A stretch of DNA of 64,000 bases from Methanobacteriota archaeon. GTDB taxonomy: Archaea > Thermoplasmatota > Poseidoniia > Poseidoniales > Thalassarchaeaceae. Under the pieces are notes generated by a model. It made no database searches, was not told the origin of the DNA, and saw only the letters and a program-made list of their open reading frames with translations. The position numbers and the translations under genes are program-made. Below, piece after piece: positions 53,632 to 62,491 of this stretch (position 1 is its first letter; each line of letters starts with the position of its first letter). The DNA lies in contig PBMO01000035.1 in assembly GCA_002722595.1 (NCBI GenBank), positions 49 through 64,048 on the forward strand. Direction: 5' to 3'.

Positions 53632-55280
53632 TAAACCAACCCTTTCCTTTCCAAATATTTTGAGTAATTTCCAGGATGTACATGAATTGTTCCATTACCC
53701 GGCAATTCCCATATAGTGTCACACACTTGGTCCAAGAACCATCGGTCATGGCTAACCGTAAGTATACTACCATCATAATTTTTCAAAGTCTCTTCCAAAG
53801 CTTCTTTTGCATCAGTGTCAAGATGATTTGTTGGTTCATCTAATAGGAGCATGTTATTGTCTTCCAGTAACAATTTGAGCATAGCAATTCGAGCCCTTTC
53901 TCCACCACTGAGATTTTTTAGCGGTGTCGAGACCATTTCCTTTGTGAATTGGAATTGGCCTAAAGTTGCTCGAATTTTACCATAATCCATACGTGGTTTT
54001 AGTTTCTGAACCTGTTCGACAGGAGTCAGTTCAAAATCGAGAGTTCGGTGATCCTGATGGAAGTAACCAATTTCTACTCCAGGTCTAACATCAATAATCC
54101 CATCGTCCAAATTCACCTCACCATTTATTATCCGAAGAAGTGTGGTTTTACCTGCACCATTTGCCCCTACAATGCCGATTTTCTGACCTCTTCGGACACC
54201 AATTTCGACTTTGTTTAGTATTGGGCGTTGCATATCCTTAAATTTGAGTGTGGCTTGTCTGAAATCTAGGACATCTAAACTTGATTTCTCAGTGGATTGC
54301 AAATCAAATCGAAGCCCTCTTCTTTCCTTTGGTTTCAGTTTCTTCAGCCATTTCAATTCTCTTTGGGCCCTTGAAAGCATGTGATGTTTTTGAGAAATTG
54401 ACTTATCATATTTGTTTGCTCTTTTCATTGATTGTAAAGCCCCGGTGAGCCGTTTAATTTCCTTCTCACATTTACTCATTCTGTCATCTAATGTCTGTAA
54501 AAACAGTTCTTTTTGTTGAAGATAGGAAGTGTAGTTCCCAGTGTATCCACGGAGATGGGCATCATGGATTTCAAGAATATGCGTACATACTCTATCTAGG
54601 AAATATCGGTCATGGCTAACAACTAATTGTGCACCCTGGAAATCTGTAAGGAAGTTTTCCAACCACTGCAAAGTCGGCAAATCCAGATGATTTGTCGGCT
54701 CATCCAAGAAGAACATATCAATTTCATCTAAACCAACCAATTGTCTCGCCAAAGCAACTTTTGCTCTTTCTCCACCAGAGAGTTGCGAGAGCGGTGCATC
54801 GATTGGGTGGTGGCCCAATTCTAGTGCATCTAGGATATTTTTTGCATGGCCTGCAACATCTGTGCCCCCTGAACGGGCTGAAAGTGCTTGCAATTCCGAA
54901 TACCTGTCTAATATTGGTTGCCAATCTCCTTCATAGAACGAGGGATCAGCCATTTCAGATTCTATTTTTGATATTTCATCTTCAAGCTCTTTGAATTGAT
55001 GCCCTCTGCGATTGAGTTCCTCCTCCAAAGTTGCATTTTCATCTATATCTCTAATCTGTGTCAGATAAGCAATTCGCAATCCGGGTGCAAAAGTAATGTC
55101 TCCAACATCTTGCTTTTGTTCTGAGATGGTTCTCAACAGTGTGGTTTTACCAGCACCATTGTGCCCAACTACTCCAATTCTATCTCCTTCATCAATTCGG
55201 AGATTTACACCTTCTAGGACGGTGACAGGGCCGAAGGCACGATGAACATCATCAAGTCGAATTAATTCTCTGGCCAGTAT
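53631..55280 (-). CDS. ABC-F type ATPase (two tandem NBDs, no TM domain); start codon non-canonical or affected by an error
   Basis: NBD1 has Walker A GHNGAGKTTLL (encoded upstream of the first ATG/GTG/TTG), LSGGERAKVALARQL and FFLDEPTNHLD. A charged linker follows. NBD2 has GANGAGKTTLL, LSGGERARIAMLKLL and LLLDEPTNHLD. The track ORF starts at the TTG at 55136. The frame is open up to 55298. I place the start at the in-frame ATA at 55280, which overlaps the upstream TAA. Confidence 0.75.
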   Translation of the reverse strand: MLARELIRLDDVHRAFGPVTVLEGVNLRIDEGDRIGVVGHNGAGKTTLLRTISEQKQDVGDITFAPGLRIAYLTQIRDIDENATLEEELNRRGHQFKELEDEISKIESEMADPSFYEGDWQPILDRYSELQALSARSGGTDVAGHAKNILDALELGHHPIDAPLSQLSGGERAKVALARQLVGLDEIDMFFLDEPTNHLDLPTLQWLENFLTDFQGAQLVVSHDRYFLDRVCTHILEIHDAHLRGYTGNYTSYLQQKELFLQTLDDRMSKCEKEIKRLTGALQSMKRANKYDKSISQKHHMLSRAQRELKWLKKLKPKERRGLRFDLQSTEKSSLDVLDFRQATLKFKDMQRPILNKVEIGVRRGQKIGIVGANGAGKTTLLRIINGEVNLDDGIIDVRPGVEIGYFHQDHRTLDFELTPVEQVQKLKPRMDYGKIRATLGQFQFTKEMVSTPLKNLSGGERARIAMLKLLLEDNNMLLLDEPTNHLDTDAKEALEETLKNYDGSILTVSHDRWFLDQVCDTIWELPGNGTIHVHPGNYSKYLERKGLV

Positions 55281-56992
55281 TATCCCTCCAATACAAGTTT
55301 AGCGATTGAGTTCAATTCTACCCCTGCAGCATCAAACCAAGATTGTATATCTGGAAATCGTCTTTCTTTTCTTGCTTCCTTGACTCGTGTTGAAATTAGA
55401 TTCCATGCAGATTTTTCTCCAATTCCAGGTATGGCAACCAATTGCTTTTGGTTGACCGTATGCATATTCAATCCCACCTCAATACCAGTGATTGAACGTG
55501 CACCATGTCCAGTGACAACGACGTCTCCTTCAGTCTCTAGTGGAATGTGGTAAGGGACACCAATTAGTATAGGATAGGCACCAATTTGTCGGCCAAATGT
55601 GATTCCTGCTTTCCCATGGATAGAGGGGTCTCTATGCTGCTCCTCAAGATGAACTGGCAATCGAATTCTTCCATCATGTGCTTCCCACCTAACATCTTTC
55701 AGAAGTTGTCCGAGAGGAAATAATTCTGCTAATAGTGGGGAATCAATCTTATCTCTAGTCCAGTTCTTGAAATCCGAGAATAATTTAGATGGTATTTCTT
55801 GGAATCCCTTCCCTTCAACCTGTCGAATATTTATTCGTCTTAACCACAACCCTTCATCTCTAATGGATGAAAGCAATTGCTTATTCAATTCATAGGTTCG
55901 CTTTGTTTCTCCGTTTAAACCAGCTATAAAGTTCAGCCCAGGTAGTAATTTGGGCAACCCCCTCTCTCCTTTTTCACGACCATATTGGTTAATGTGGCGA
56001 ATAGCGGTTTTGAGTTGCTCCGAATCACAATTCAACCAATTCTTTTCGTGGACATCTGGATCAGCAGATTCTAATCCAAAGGATAGAACAGATCCATCTG
56101 AAAGGGTTTCAATCATTGTCTTCGTAATTTCGGTGGCAGGTTCGAGATTTTCGGCTATAATCGAGGGATTTCCATTATCAACGTGGAGAGTTTTTAATCG
56201 CTCATCATCCCTTAATCCATGTAATAAATCAGCAAGTGGTTCAGGGTTTGGTATCGGATACTCAAGGTCGACAACACCCTCTGCCATGTAGGTGTAAACG
56301 TCAGTCATCCCCCCTAAACGAACGTGTTTAACACCTTTGTCGATAGCCTGCGTGACCTCTGTAATGATGTCATGAGGAGTTCTCCAAATAGGGACACCCT
56401 TTTTTGGCTCAATACAGAATTTGCAACCACGTTTGTATCTAACACATCCTTGGTATACTTCAACCTCGAATGTGAGTGGCCCATCTAAATCTGGATGTTC
56501 AGTCACCGCTTTTGAAATTGCACCAGCCTGCGCCCATGCAGTCCATTCGACATCGGTTCGTTTTTGGTGTTTCATTTCTCCTGTGGATAGATACCAAGAC
56601 AATGTGGCATCTGTATCTTTCAAGCACATAAACAGATTCTTTCGAAGAGGATTCCAACCTTGTTGTTTCCATCCTCTAATCGCCCATCCGCCTGCGAAAA
56701 AGGGTATTTCTGTAGGCAAGGTTCTTACAAGTTCATCAGTTTCTCTAAGGCTGATGGGTGTCCCTCTGAGATATTTCCCTGGAACTACTGCTCCTGCCAA
56801 GAGGACAATGCCATCCAAATTTTTTACATCAGGTCTTTGACCAAGTCTCCACTGATCGATTGTGATGTATTCATAATCAAGTGAACGAGATTCAAAAACT
56901 CCACAAACATATCGGACATGAAATCCAATATATGGAGGGACCCCGAACGCGGCGGGCTCATCCTCATATCCATCAATGACCAACCAGGCCAA
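55280..56992 (-). CDS. radical SAM domain protein with C-terminal helix-hairpin-helix
   Basis: YQGCVRYKRGCKFC forms the Cys cluster. The N-terminus WLVIDGYEDEPAAFGVPPYIG suggests a conserved archaeal-type family I cannot name. The C-terminal LVAIPGIGEKSAWNLI is HhH-like. The TTG start is preceded by GAGGTGG. Confidence 0.65.
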   Translation of the reverse strand: MAWLVIDGYEDEPAAFGVPPYIGFHVRYVCGVFESRSLDYEYITIDQWRLGQRPDVKNLDGIVLLAGAVVPGKYLRGTPISLRETDELVRTLPTEIPFFAGGWAIRGWKQQGWNPLRKNLFMCLKDTDATLSWYLSTGEMKHQKRTDVEWTAWAQAGAISKAVTEHPDLDGPLTFEVEVYQGCVRYKRGCKFCIEPKKGVPIWRTPHDIITEVTQAIDKGVKHVRLGGMTDVYTYMAEGVVDLEYPIPNPEPLADLLHGLRDDERLKTLHVDNGNPSIIAENLEPATEITKTMIETLSDGSVLSFGLESADPDVHEKNWLNCDSEQLKTAIRHINQYGREKGERGLPKLLPGLNFIAGLNGETKRTYELNKQLLSSIRDEGLWLRRINIRQVEGKGFQEIPSKLFSDFKNWTRDKIDSPLLAELFPLGQLLKDVRWEAHDGRIRLPVHLEEQHRDPSIHGKAGITFGRQIGAYPILIGVPYHIPLETEGDVVVTGHGARSITGIEVGLNMHTVNQKQLVAIPGIGEKSAWNLISTRVKEARKERRFPDIQSWFDAAGVELNSIAKLVLEG

Positions 56993-57001
56993 AAAACCAC
57001 C

Positions 57002-58291
57002 TCAGCGGCGATTGCCTCGGCCACGATTACGATTGTTTTGGCGTTTTCCGCCCCCACGATTGGATTCCTGAATCGTTATCTTCCGCCCATCTATTTCTGT
57101 GCCCTTTAGTGCCACTAGGGCTGCACTGCCTGATTTGTGAGATTTGTAAGTAATGAAGGCAAAACCTTTGCTTTTCCCCGTTTCTTTATCCTTGGCAATA
57201 TGAACCTCTTTCAATTCTCCATGTGCTCCGAATAATTCTGACAATTGTTCTTCAGTAGTAGCATAAGGAATCCCTCCAACAAATATTTTCATTCCCATTG
57301 TTTCCTTTGCATTTTCTCTAGCAGCGTTGAGGTTTGTCCTTTCATTGGCTAATTCTTCTGCACTTGCATTGCCATTATCCACTTTCTCCTTACAATCTGA
57401 GCACCGTGCAGGGGCACCGGGTGTTGGTTTGAATGGTAATTTTGTATCGTCCCCGCACATTGTGCACTTTGCATCATGCATCTCCCGCCTTGGTCGCTGT
57501 CCGCCACCACGCCCACTTTCTTTGTGAACTGAACCTAGGAATCTCTCGGCATCTTTAGGAATAGAATGCACTGAACCACGACGGTGATCTGAGAGTGGAG
57601 ATAAGTATGGCCTTTCACCGTCTTTTGAAATGAATTGCATCGATTCACTCGACCATTTTTCACCATCTCTGTTTAGTTCAGATATATTACTGTCCTCAGG
57701 AATATCGTAACCATGACCAAATCCACTTGAAAGAGCTCTGAATCCAATGTAATCACAGCGGTTGCAAACAACGTTCACATCAGGCACATCTCCTGAAGCA
57801 ACCAAATCTTGTCCACATGCTGGGCAGATAGCGTGAATAATTCCTAAATCATCCCTAGATCTGCATTCTGCTCGAATAATAGGGCTGAGTTGTTCTATTC
57901 TGGCCCGGATAATATCGCGCTTTCGCATGGCATCACCGGGACTCGGCATGAATTTATCAACAATTTTCGCCACGAAAATATCTGCAAATTGATGTGTTGC
58001 TGGCAAGGTTCTGACCGGTTTCCCCTCAACGAATAGGATTTTAATCTCAGCAGTTTTTGCATTGATTCTGTTGACTTCTCCAATCACAGTATCTCCAATT
58101 TCAATTTCGCGGATGGGATCGGTTTTTTGTTTGACAAAAAGAACCCCATCTTCTCGGCTAACAGTTCCTACAACTGTAGAAATCGCTCGCCCATCACTTA
58201 CTGCAACACCTAATCCGGTGTTGTCACCCTCACCAATCTTCAGAGTCGTGCCTGGCACAACAAAGGTTCCCACATCTGCGGGAGAAATCAT
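57002..58291 (-). CDS. csl4: exosome subunit Csl4-like (N-domain, S1, Zn ribbon) fused to a second Zn ribbon, an RRM domain and an RGG tail
   Basis: Csl4 part: VVPGTTLKIGEG, an S1-like segment IGDTVIGEVNRINAKTAEIKIL, and the ribbon CPACGQ...CNRCDY. Then CTMCGDDTKLPFKPTPGAPARCSDC. RRM: RNP2 IFVGGI and RNP1 KGFAFITY. Tail: RGGGKRQNNRNRGRGNRR. The ATG at 58291 is preceded by AAGGAG with a 9-nt spacer. The track start at 58405 overlaps the upstream gene. Confidence 0.75.
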   Translation of the reverse strand: MISPADVGTFVVPGTTLKIGEGDNTGLGVAVSDGRAISTVVGTVSREDGVLFVKQKTDPIREIEIGDTVIGEVNRINAKTAEIKILFVEGKPVRTLPATHQFADIFVAKIVDKFMPSPGDAMRKRDIIRARIEQLSPIIRAECRSRDDLGIIHAICPACGQDLVASGDVPDVNVVCNRCDYIGFRALSSGFGHGYDIPEDSNISELNRDGEKWSSESMQFISKDGERPYLSPLSDHRRGSVHSIPKDAERFLGSVHKESGRGGGQRPRREMHDAKCTMCGDDTKLPFKPTPGAPARCSDCKEKVDNGNASAEELANERTNLNAARENAKETMGMKIFVGGIPYATTEEQLSELFGAHGELKEVHIAKDKETGKSKGFAFITYKSHKSGSAALVALKGTEIDGRKITIQESNRGGGKRQNNRNRGRGNRR

Positions 58292-58377
58292 CTCATAACA
58301 CTCCTTTACCAATTTGGTCCCATAGGGACCATACTCGAACATGTAGGCGACCTGCGTCCTGCATTTGAATGCGCCGC

Positions 58378-58965
58378 CTACTTTGGAGAGCGCACAAATC
58401 GCCAAATGGAGACATCGGTGCCCCCGGAACTTGCATTGTGGTGATCATACAACGCAGGTATTCGGAAATTACCCGAGAGGATAATTTCCCCTTCCCAATC
58501 ATACGATTTCGCAATTCCCTCTATGTGTTTCGCATTTGCAGAATGTAATAGGTATACCACTCCAGCATCTGAACAAAACGCGGCATCAAGGAATGGGCGA
58601 TCCGCTTTGTTAGTCTGTACCCCCCAAGGAGGATTCATGATGACCAAATCAACATCATTCCCTTTCCATTCTGATACATCGCCAATTAACCATTCAACAC
58701 CCTCAAAGGTATGGTGACATCGCTCATCTTTTTCAACAAGCAGAACGGAATTGGCTCCAGCAATGAAACAACCAATTCCCAAAATGCCATTTCCTGCTCC
58801 AAGGTCAACCACACGTGTTTGAGGTTCTAAATCACCAAGCTGGACTATTTCTGCAATCCACCTTGCTGCAAAATCACCTTCAGTTGCGTATTGTTCTAAC
58901 TCTACATCTGTTTGAGGATGGGGTGGTAGAGAGGACAGCGTCATCGCAAGATGTCGGAGTCGCAT
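58378..58965 (-). CDS. class I SAM-dependent methyltransferase, (N/D)PP(W/F) type (METTL5/COG2263-like putative RNA N6-adenine methylase)
   Basis: SAM motif I VVDLGAGNGILGIG and motif IV VIMNPPWGVQ. 195 aa. Confidence 0.75.
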   Translation of the reverse strand: MRLRHLAMTLSSLPPHPQTDVELEQYATEGDFAARWIAEIVQLGDLEPQTRVVDLGAGNGILGIGCFIAGANSVLLVEKDERCHHTFEGVEWLIGDVSEWKGNDVDLVIMNPPWGVQTNKADRPFLDAAFCSDAGVVYLLHSANAKHIEGIAKSYDWEGEIILSGNFRIPALYDHHNASSGGTDVSIWRFVRSPK

Positions 58966-58990
58966 ATTTGCACGAGTAGGCCATAGTCCT

Positions 58991-59239
58991 TCAAGACTGG
59001 TCGTCGAAATTCTGTTGACGAGCCATCTCTATTGCTTTGAGAGTAGCCAAGTTTGCTTGTTGAGTTTGAGTTGACTGACCAGTTTTGTTGGCTTTGATAC
59101 TTGCTGCTTCGTCCCTCAATTGCTGAATTAGAGCAGGGCCGGGCAACCGTTCCCCACAAAACCTGCAGAATTTTTGATTATCTTCCTGCTGTTGGCCACA
59201 GTCTGTACAGAATACCATGCGAACAAACCCCCGTATCAT
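58991..59239 (-). CDS. small zinc-ribbon protein
   Basis: VFCTDCGQQQEDNQKFCRFCGE (CxxC-x10-CxxC) is followed by a Gln-rich helical tail. An alternative ATG is at 59218. Confidence 0.5.
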   Translation of the reverse strand: MIRGFVRMVFCTDCGQQQEDNQKFCRFCGERLPGPALIQQLRDEAASIKANKTGQSTQTQQANLATLKAIEMARQQNFDDQS

Positions 59240-59259
59240 CGGACCTCTATGAAGGTGGC

Positions 59260-60096
59260 CTACCCATCAGATAAGCGAACAAACATTCCCCAGACATCAA
59301 CACCTGCTGCAGATGCCCTTTCACTGACTTCCACAAACTGGGGATGTTCCATAATGTCCCCCATTTCTTGACCCCCTGCTAAGAGCAAGGAGATGACTTG
59401 GCGTAGTTCAGCTTCAAGTGGGGACTCTTCCTTTTGTTCGACTACAGGAGGCACATCTTCTTCACTCAAAGGTATGGGTTCAGTTTCAGGTTCGGCCACA
59501 ATTTCCTCCACCTCTACAGGTTGTTCTGCAACATCCTCTGGTTTTTCGTCTTCAACAGGTGTAATTTCGCTCATCATCGAAGACACAATTGCATCCATGG
59601 CAGATTCTGAAGCATCATCTAGGATTGGTCCAGGGTGTGTGACAAACGCCTTTCGAGTCATTGATGATGGAGATTCGCTGAGTGGTATTTCACTAGGAGG
59701 TATCATGGCAGGGTGATGGAAACACGTCCATTTTTCGGTCTCAAAGGACGCGTTACTGGCAGCAACTATCTCCACTTCACCACGACTCCACCCTTGTCCA
59801 ATCAATGGTTGCATCCACCGGCCCAAGTCTGCCATAGCCACATCCACAAATTGGAATGATGCATTTGCATGATCAATTCCGTGATTTTCCAATTCAGAGC
59901 GCTCTTGGCGTGGACGATAGAATACTGATACAGCGGAATCTTCGATAGCCACTGTGCGCCCATGATTGCGTAGTGCATGACGATCTGCCCTAGCACCGAA
60001 CATCATGATTCGGGTCCGCTTGCCATAACTTTCCCAACCCATGGTCAGAGTGTCTAGTGAACCAGATTCGACAATCTCAACCTCGCCCATACCCAT
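59260..60096 (-). CDS. hypothetical protein with acidic Glu/Pro/Val-rich segment
   Basis: A 278-aa ORF containing VEDEKPEDVAEQPVEVEEIVAEPETEPIPLSEEDVPPVVEQKEE. I recognise no family motif. Confidence 0.5.
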   Translation of the reverse strand: MGMGEVEIVESGSLDTLTMGWESYGKRTRIMMFGARADRHALRNHGRTVAIEDSAVSVFYRPRQERSELENHGIDHANASFQFVDVAMADLGRWMQPLIGQGWSRGEVEIVAASNASFETEKWTCFHHPAMIPPSEIPLSESPSSMTRKAFVTHPGPILDDASESAMDAIVSSMMSEITPVEDEKPEDVAEQPVEVEEIVAEPETEPIPLSEEDVPPVVEQKEESPLEAELRQVISLLLAGGQEMGDIMEHPQFVEVSERASAAGVDVWGMFVRLSDG

Positions 60097-60128
60097 GCCT
60101 CAGTGTGTCGAGCACTTGAGGATGGCCC

Positions 60129-61193
60129 TCATTCGCCCAGCAGTCCCTCGGCGATGGCCAACTCTGCGAGGAGAACGGTTCCCCCGGCAGCACCACGTAT
60201 GGTATTCTCTGACCACGCGTTGAATGTAATTGATGTGCCAGACACAACTACATTACTGACCCTGACTACCATCCCTGCCTTCAGGTCGATAGCAGGGTTG
60301 GGTAGCGATTCAGGAATCAACTGTTCGACGAATACGAAGGGATATTGCGGCGCTGAAGGCAGTTTCAGCGCCTGAGCGCGGGATCGATAATTTTGCATCC
60401 ACTCAATGACTTCCTCTTTCTCCTTCTCAAAGTGTAAGGTTGCTGTAACTTTGACGATATGACCATATTCGCGACTCACCCGCTTGACTGAGATGTCGAC
60501 TGGTAGATTGGCCAACCTAACACCTTCTGATTGGGCGCGACCGAGTAAACTCAGGCATTCTTCCTGCATTTTTTCGGCTTCCCCTGGGATATCTATGGGA
60601 TATTCTCCAGTTTTTTGAAATGTCTTTAGTAGTTCGATTCCACCTCCAGAGAGTGACTGTTCAGTTGAAATTTTGACATCATCTAATCCGATGAAATCCC
60701 ATAACGGTTTGAGTGGTAAGGCTGCGGGTACAATGGTGCAATTTGTGCTACAGGCGACGAAACCGGTTTCGGTTCGGTTACGTAGTGAAAGGAGATGGTG
60801 TGGATTCAAATCTGCTATTACCAACGGGACATCATCATCCATTCTGTGTGTACTTGCATTACTGAAAACATAGCATCCTTGGGCTGCAAGAGGTTTCTCT
60901 AATTCTCGTGCAATCTCAGAGGGTAATGCGCTGAATACAATCTCAAAATCTTTGACATCAGTAAGAATTGAGTCCATACTCTCAACGATAACTGACGGTA
61001 GATTAGGACGTGTTTCTGGTAGGTGCCAAGGCAAGTCGGCGAGTTTTCTTCCAGCAGTACGAGGTGAGCCGTAGACCGCCACGAGTTCAAACCATGGGTG
61101 GTTGCAAAGACGTTGCTGAAAGCGCTGTGCTACAAGCCCGCTGGCTCCGAGAAGGGCCACTTTTCGCACGCGCATATCGTGTCGTGACATCAT
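60129..61193 (-). CDS. asd: aspartate-semialdehyde dehydrogenase family protein (archaeal type)
   Basis: VALLGASGLVAQRF (NAD(P) binding), active-site region VACSTNCTIVPAALPLKPL, and REYGHIVKV (His). GAGGT lies just upstream of the ATG. A role as an Asd paralog (for example an acyl-CoA reductase) cannot be excluded. Confidence 0.75.
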   Translation of the reverse strand: MMSRHDMRVRKVALLGASGLVAQRFQQRLCNHPWFELVAVYGSPRTAGRKLADLPWHLPETRPNLPSVIVESMDSILTDVKDFEIVFSALPSEIARELEKPLAAQGCYVFSNASTHRMDDDVPLVIADLNPHHLLSLRNRTETGFVACSTNCTIVPAALPLKPLWDFIGLDDVKISTEQSLSGGGIELLKTFQKTGEYPIDIPGEAEKMQEECLSLLGRAQSEGVRLANLPVDISVKRVSREYGHIVKVTATLHFEKEKEEVIEWMQNYRSRAQALKLPSAPQYPFVFVEQLIPESLPNPAIDLKAGMVVRVSNVVVSGTSITFNAWSENTIRGAAGGTVLLAELAIAEGLLGE

Positions 61194-61252
61194 CTACCTC
61201 TTCATTGGAACGGAAGTGTAGAGTTCAATAACCACGAGATATAGGCTGAAGC

Positions 61253-62491
61253 ATGGACGCTGTGATAATCGCACTTGTAGCCATCTCATGTATGGGAATT
61301 GGATTGAGTCTTGGTTGGTTGGTTGCCAAGAATAAATTGGGTATCGAATTGGTCGAAATTAGGGCACATGCCGCGGCCAAAGAGCAGGCCTTTGAGGAAA
61401 AATCTGAACTTCTCGAAGAGCGAATGGAGAATGTTGCCACCCGTGTTTCTCAACAAAATTCTGAAACGTTTCTACAATTGGCAGAGGAAAGATTGGGCAA
61501 AGTCCAGACCGAAGCTGCCGCAGATGCCGATGCCCGTAAGAAGGAAGTAGAGGCTTTGGTGGATCCAATTAAGGAACACTTAACCAAACTTGAGAAGGCT
61601 ACAACAGAGATGGAGAAAAACAGAGAGGGCGCATATCAAGGGTTGAAGAGAACCGTAGAAGGGTTGCAGAAACAAACCATCGATTTACGAGATACCAACG
61701 TACAACTCTCAACCGCATTACGTGGCTCCATTAAGGCACGTGGTAATTGGGGTCAAATTTCATTGAAAAATATTGCAGAATCTGCAGGTATGTTGGAACA
61801 TTGCGACTTCGATGTTGAATGGACACTCCAATCTGGAAAGGGTGGCGCAAGAGTAGATATGTTGGTCAAAATCTCGGATAATGGGAGTATCCCTGTTGAT
61901 GCGAAGGTACCGCTTGCCTCATATTGGGACGCCCTTGAAATTGAAGACTCTGATGCCCGTCTTGCTAAGATGAGCAATCACGCGAAAGAAGTCAAGAAAC
62001 ATATTGATGATCTGTACAAACGCGATTATGCGAGTCTTGTAGGTGGTGCAGAATTCACAGTAATGTTCATTCCTGCAGAACCCATTCTATCAGCTGCGTT
62101 TGAGATTGATCCATCACTCCAAGAGTACGCCTTTAGAAAGCACATACTCATCGCAACACCGGTCACACTCATTGGTTTACTTCGCACTGTAGGAATATAT
62201 TGGACACAACAATCACTCGCTGAAAATGCTCGCGAGATTCAAGATTCCGCAAGAGAATTCTATGAAAGAGCGGCCAAGTTCGGTGAAGATTTAGCCAAGG
62301 TCGGCCGTGGTTTGACCTCTGCAGTCAACGCATACAACTCAGCCATAGGTGCTTACGAAGCTCGTGTAATTCCAGCAGGTCGTCGTTTAGAGTCACTCAA
62401 AGTTGCAGACAATTCCCCTAGAAAACTTGAATCGGGAAAATCCATTGAGGGTGGTGTGCGCTTACTCACTACGGCCGTTGAAGAGGAGTAG
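61253..62491 (+). CDS. rmuC: RmuC-family DNA recombination protein
   Basis: An N-terminal TM helix and coiled coil are followed by GNWGQISLKNIAESAGMLEHCDF and FTVMFIPAEPILSAA, as in RmuC. Confidence 0.8.
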   Translation: MDAVIIALVAISCMGIGLSLGWLVAKNKLGIELVEIRAHAAAKEQAFEEKSELLEERMENVATRVSQQNSETFLQLAEERLGKVQTEAAADADARKKEVEALVDPIKEHLTKLEKATTEMEKNREGAYQGLKRTVEGLQKQTIDLRDTNVQLSTALRGSIKARGNWGQISLKNIAESAGMLEHCDFDVEWTLQSGKGGARVDMLVKISDNGSIPVDAKVPLASYWDALEIEDSDARLAKMSNHAKEVKKHIDDLYKRDYASLVGGAEFTVMFIPAEPILSAAFEIDPSLQEYAFRKHILIATPVTLIGLLRTVGIYWTQQSLAENAREIQDSAREFYERAAKFGEDLAKVGRGLTSAVNAYNSAIGAYEARVIPAGRRLESLKVADNSPRKLESGKSIEGGVRLLTTAVEEE

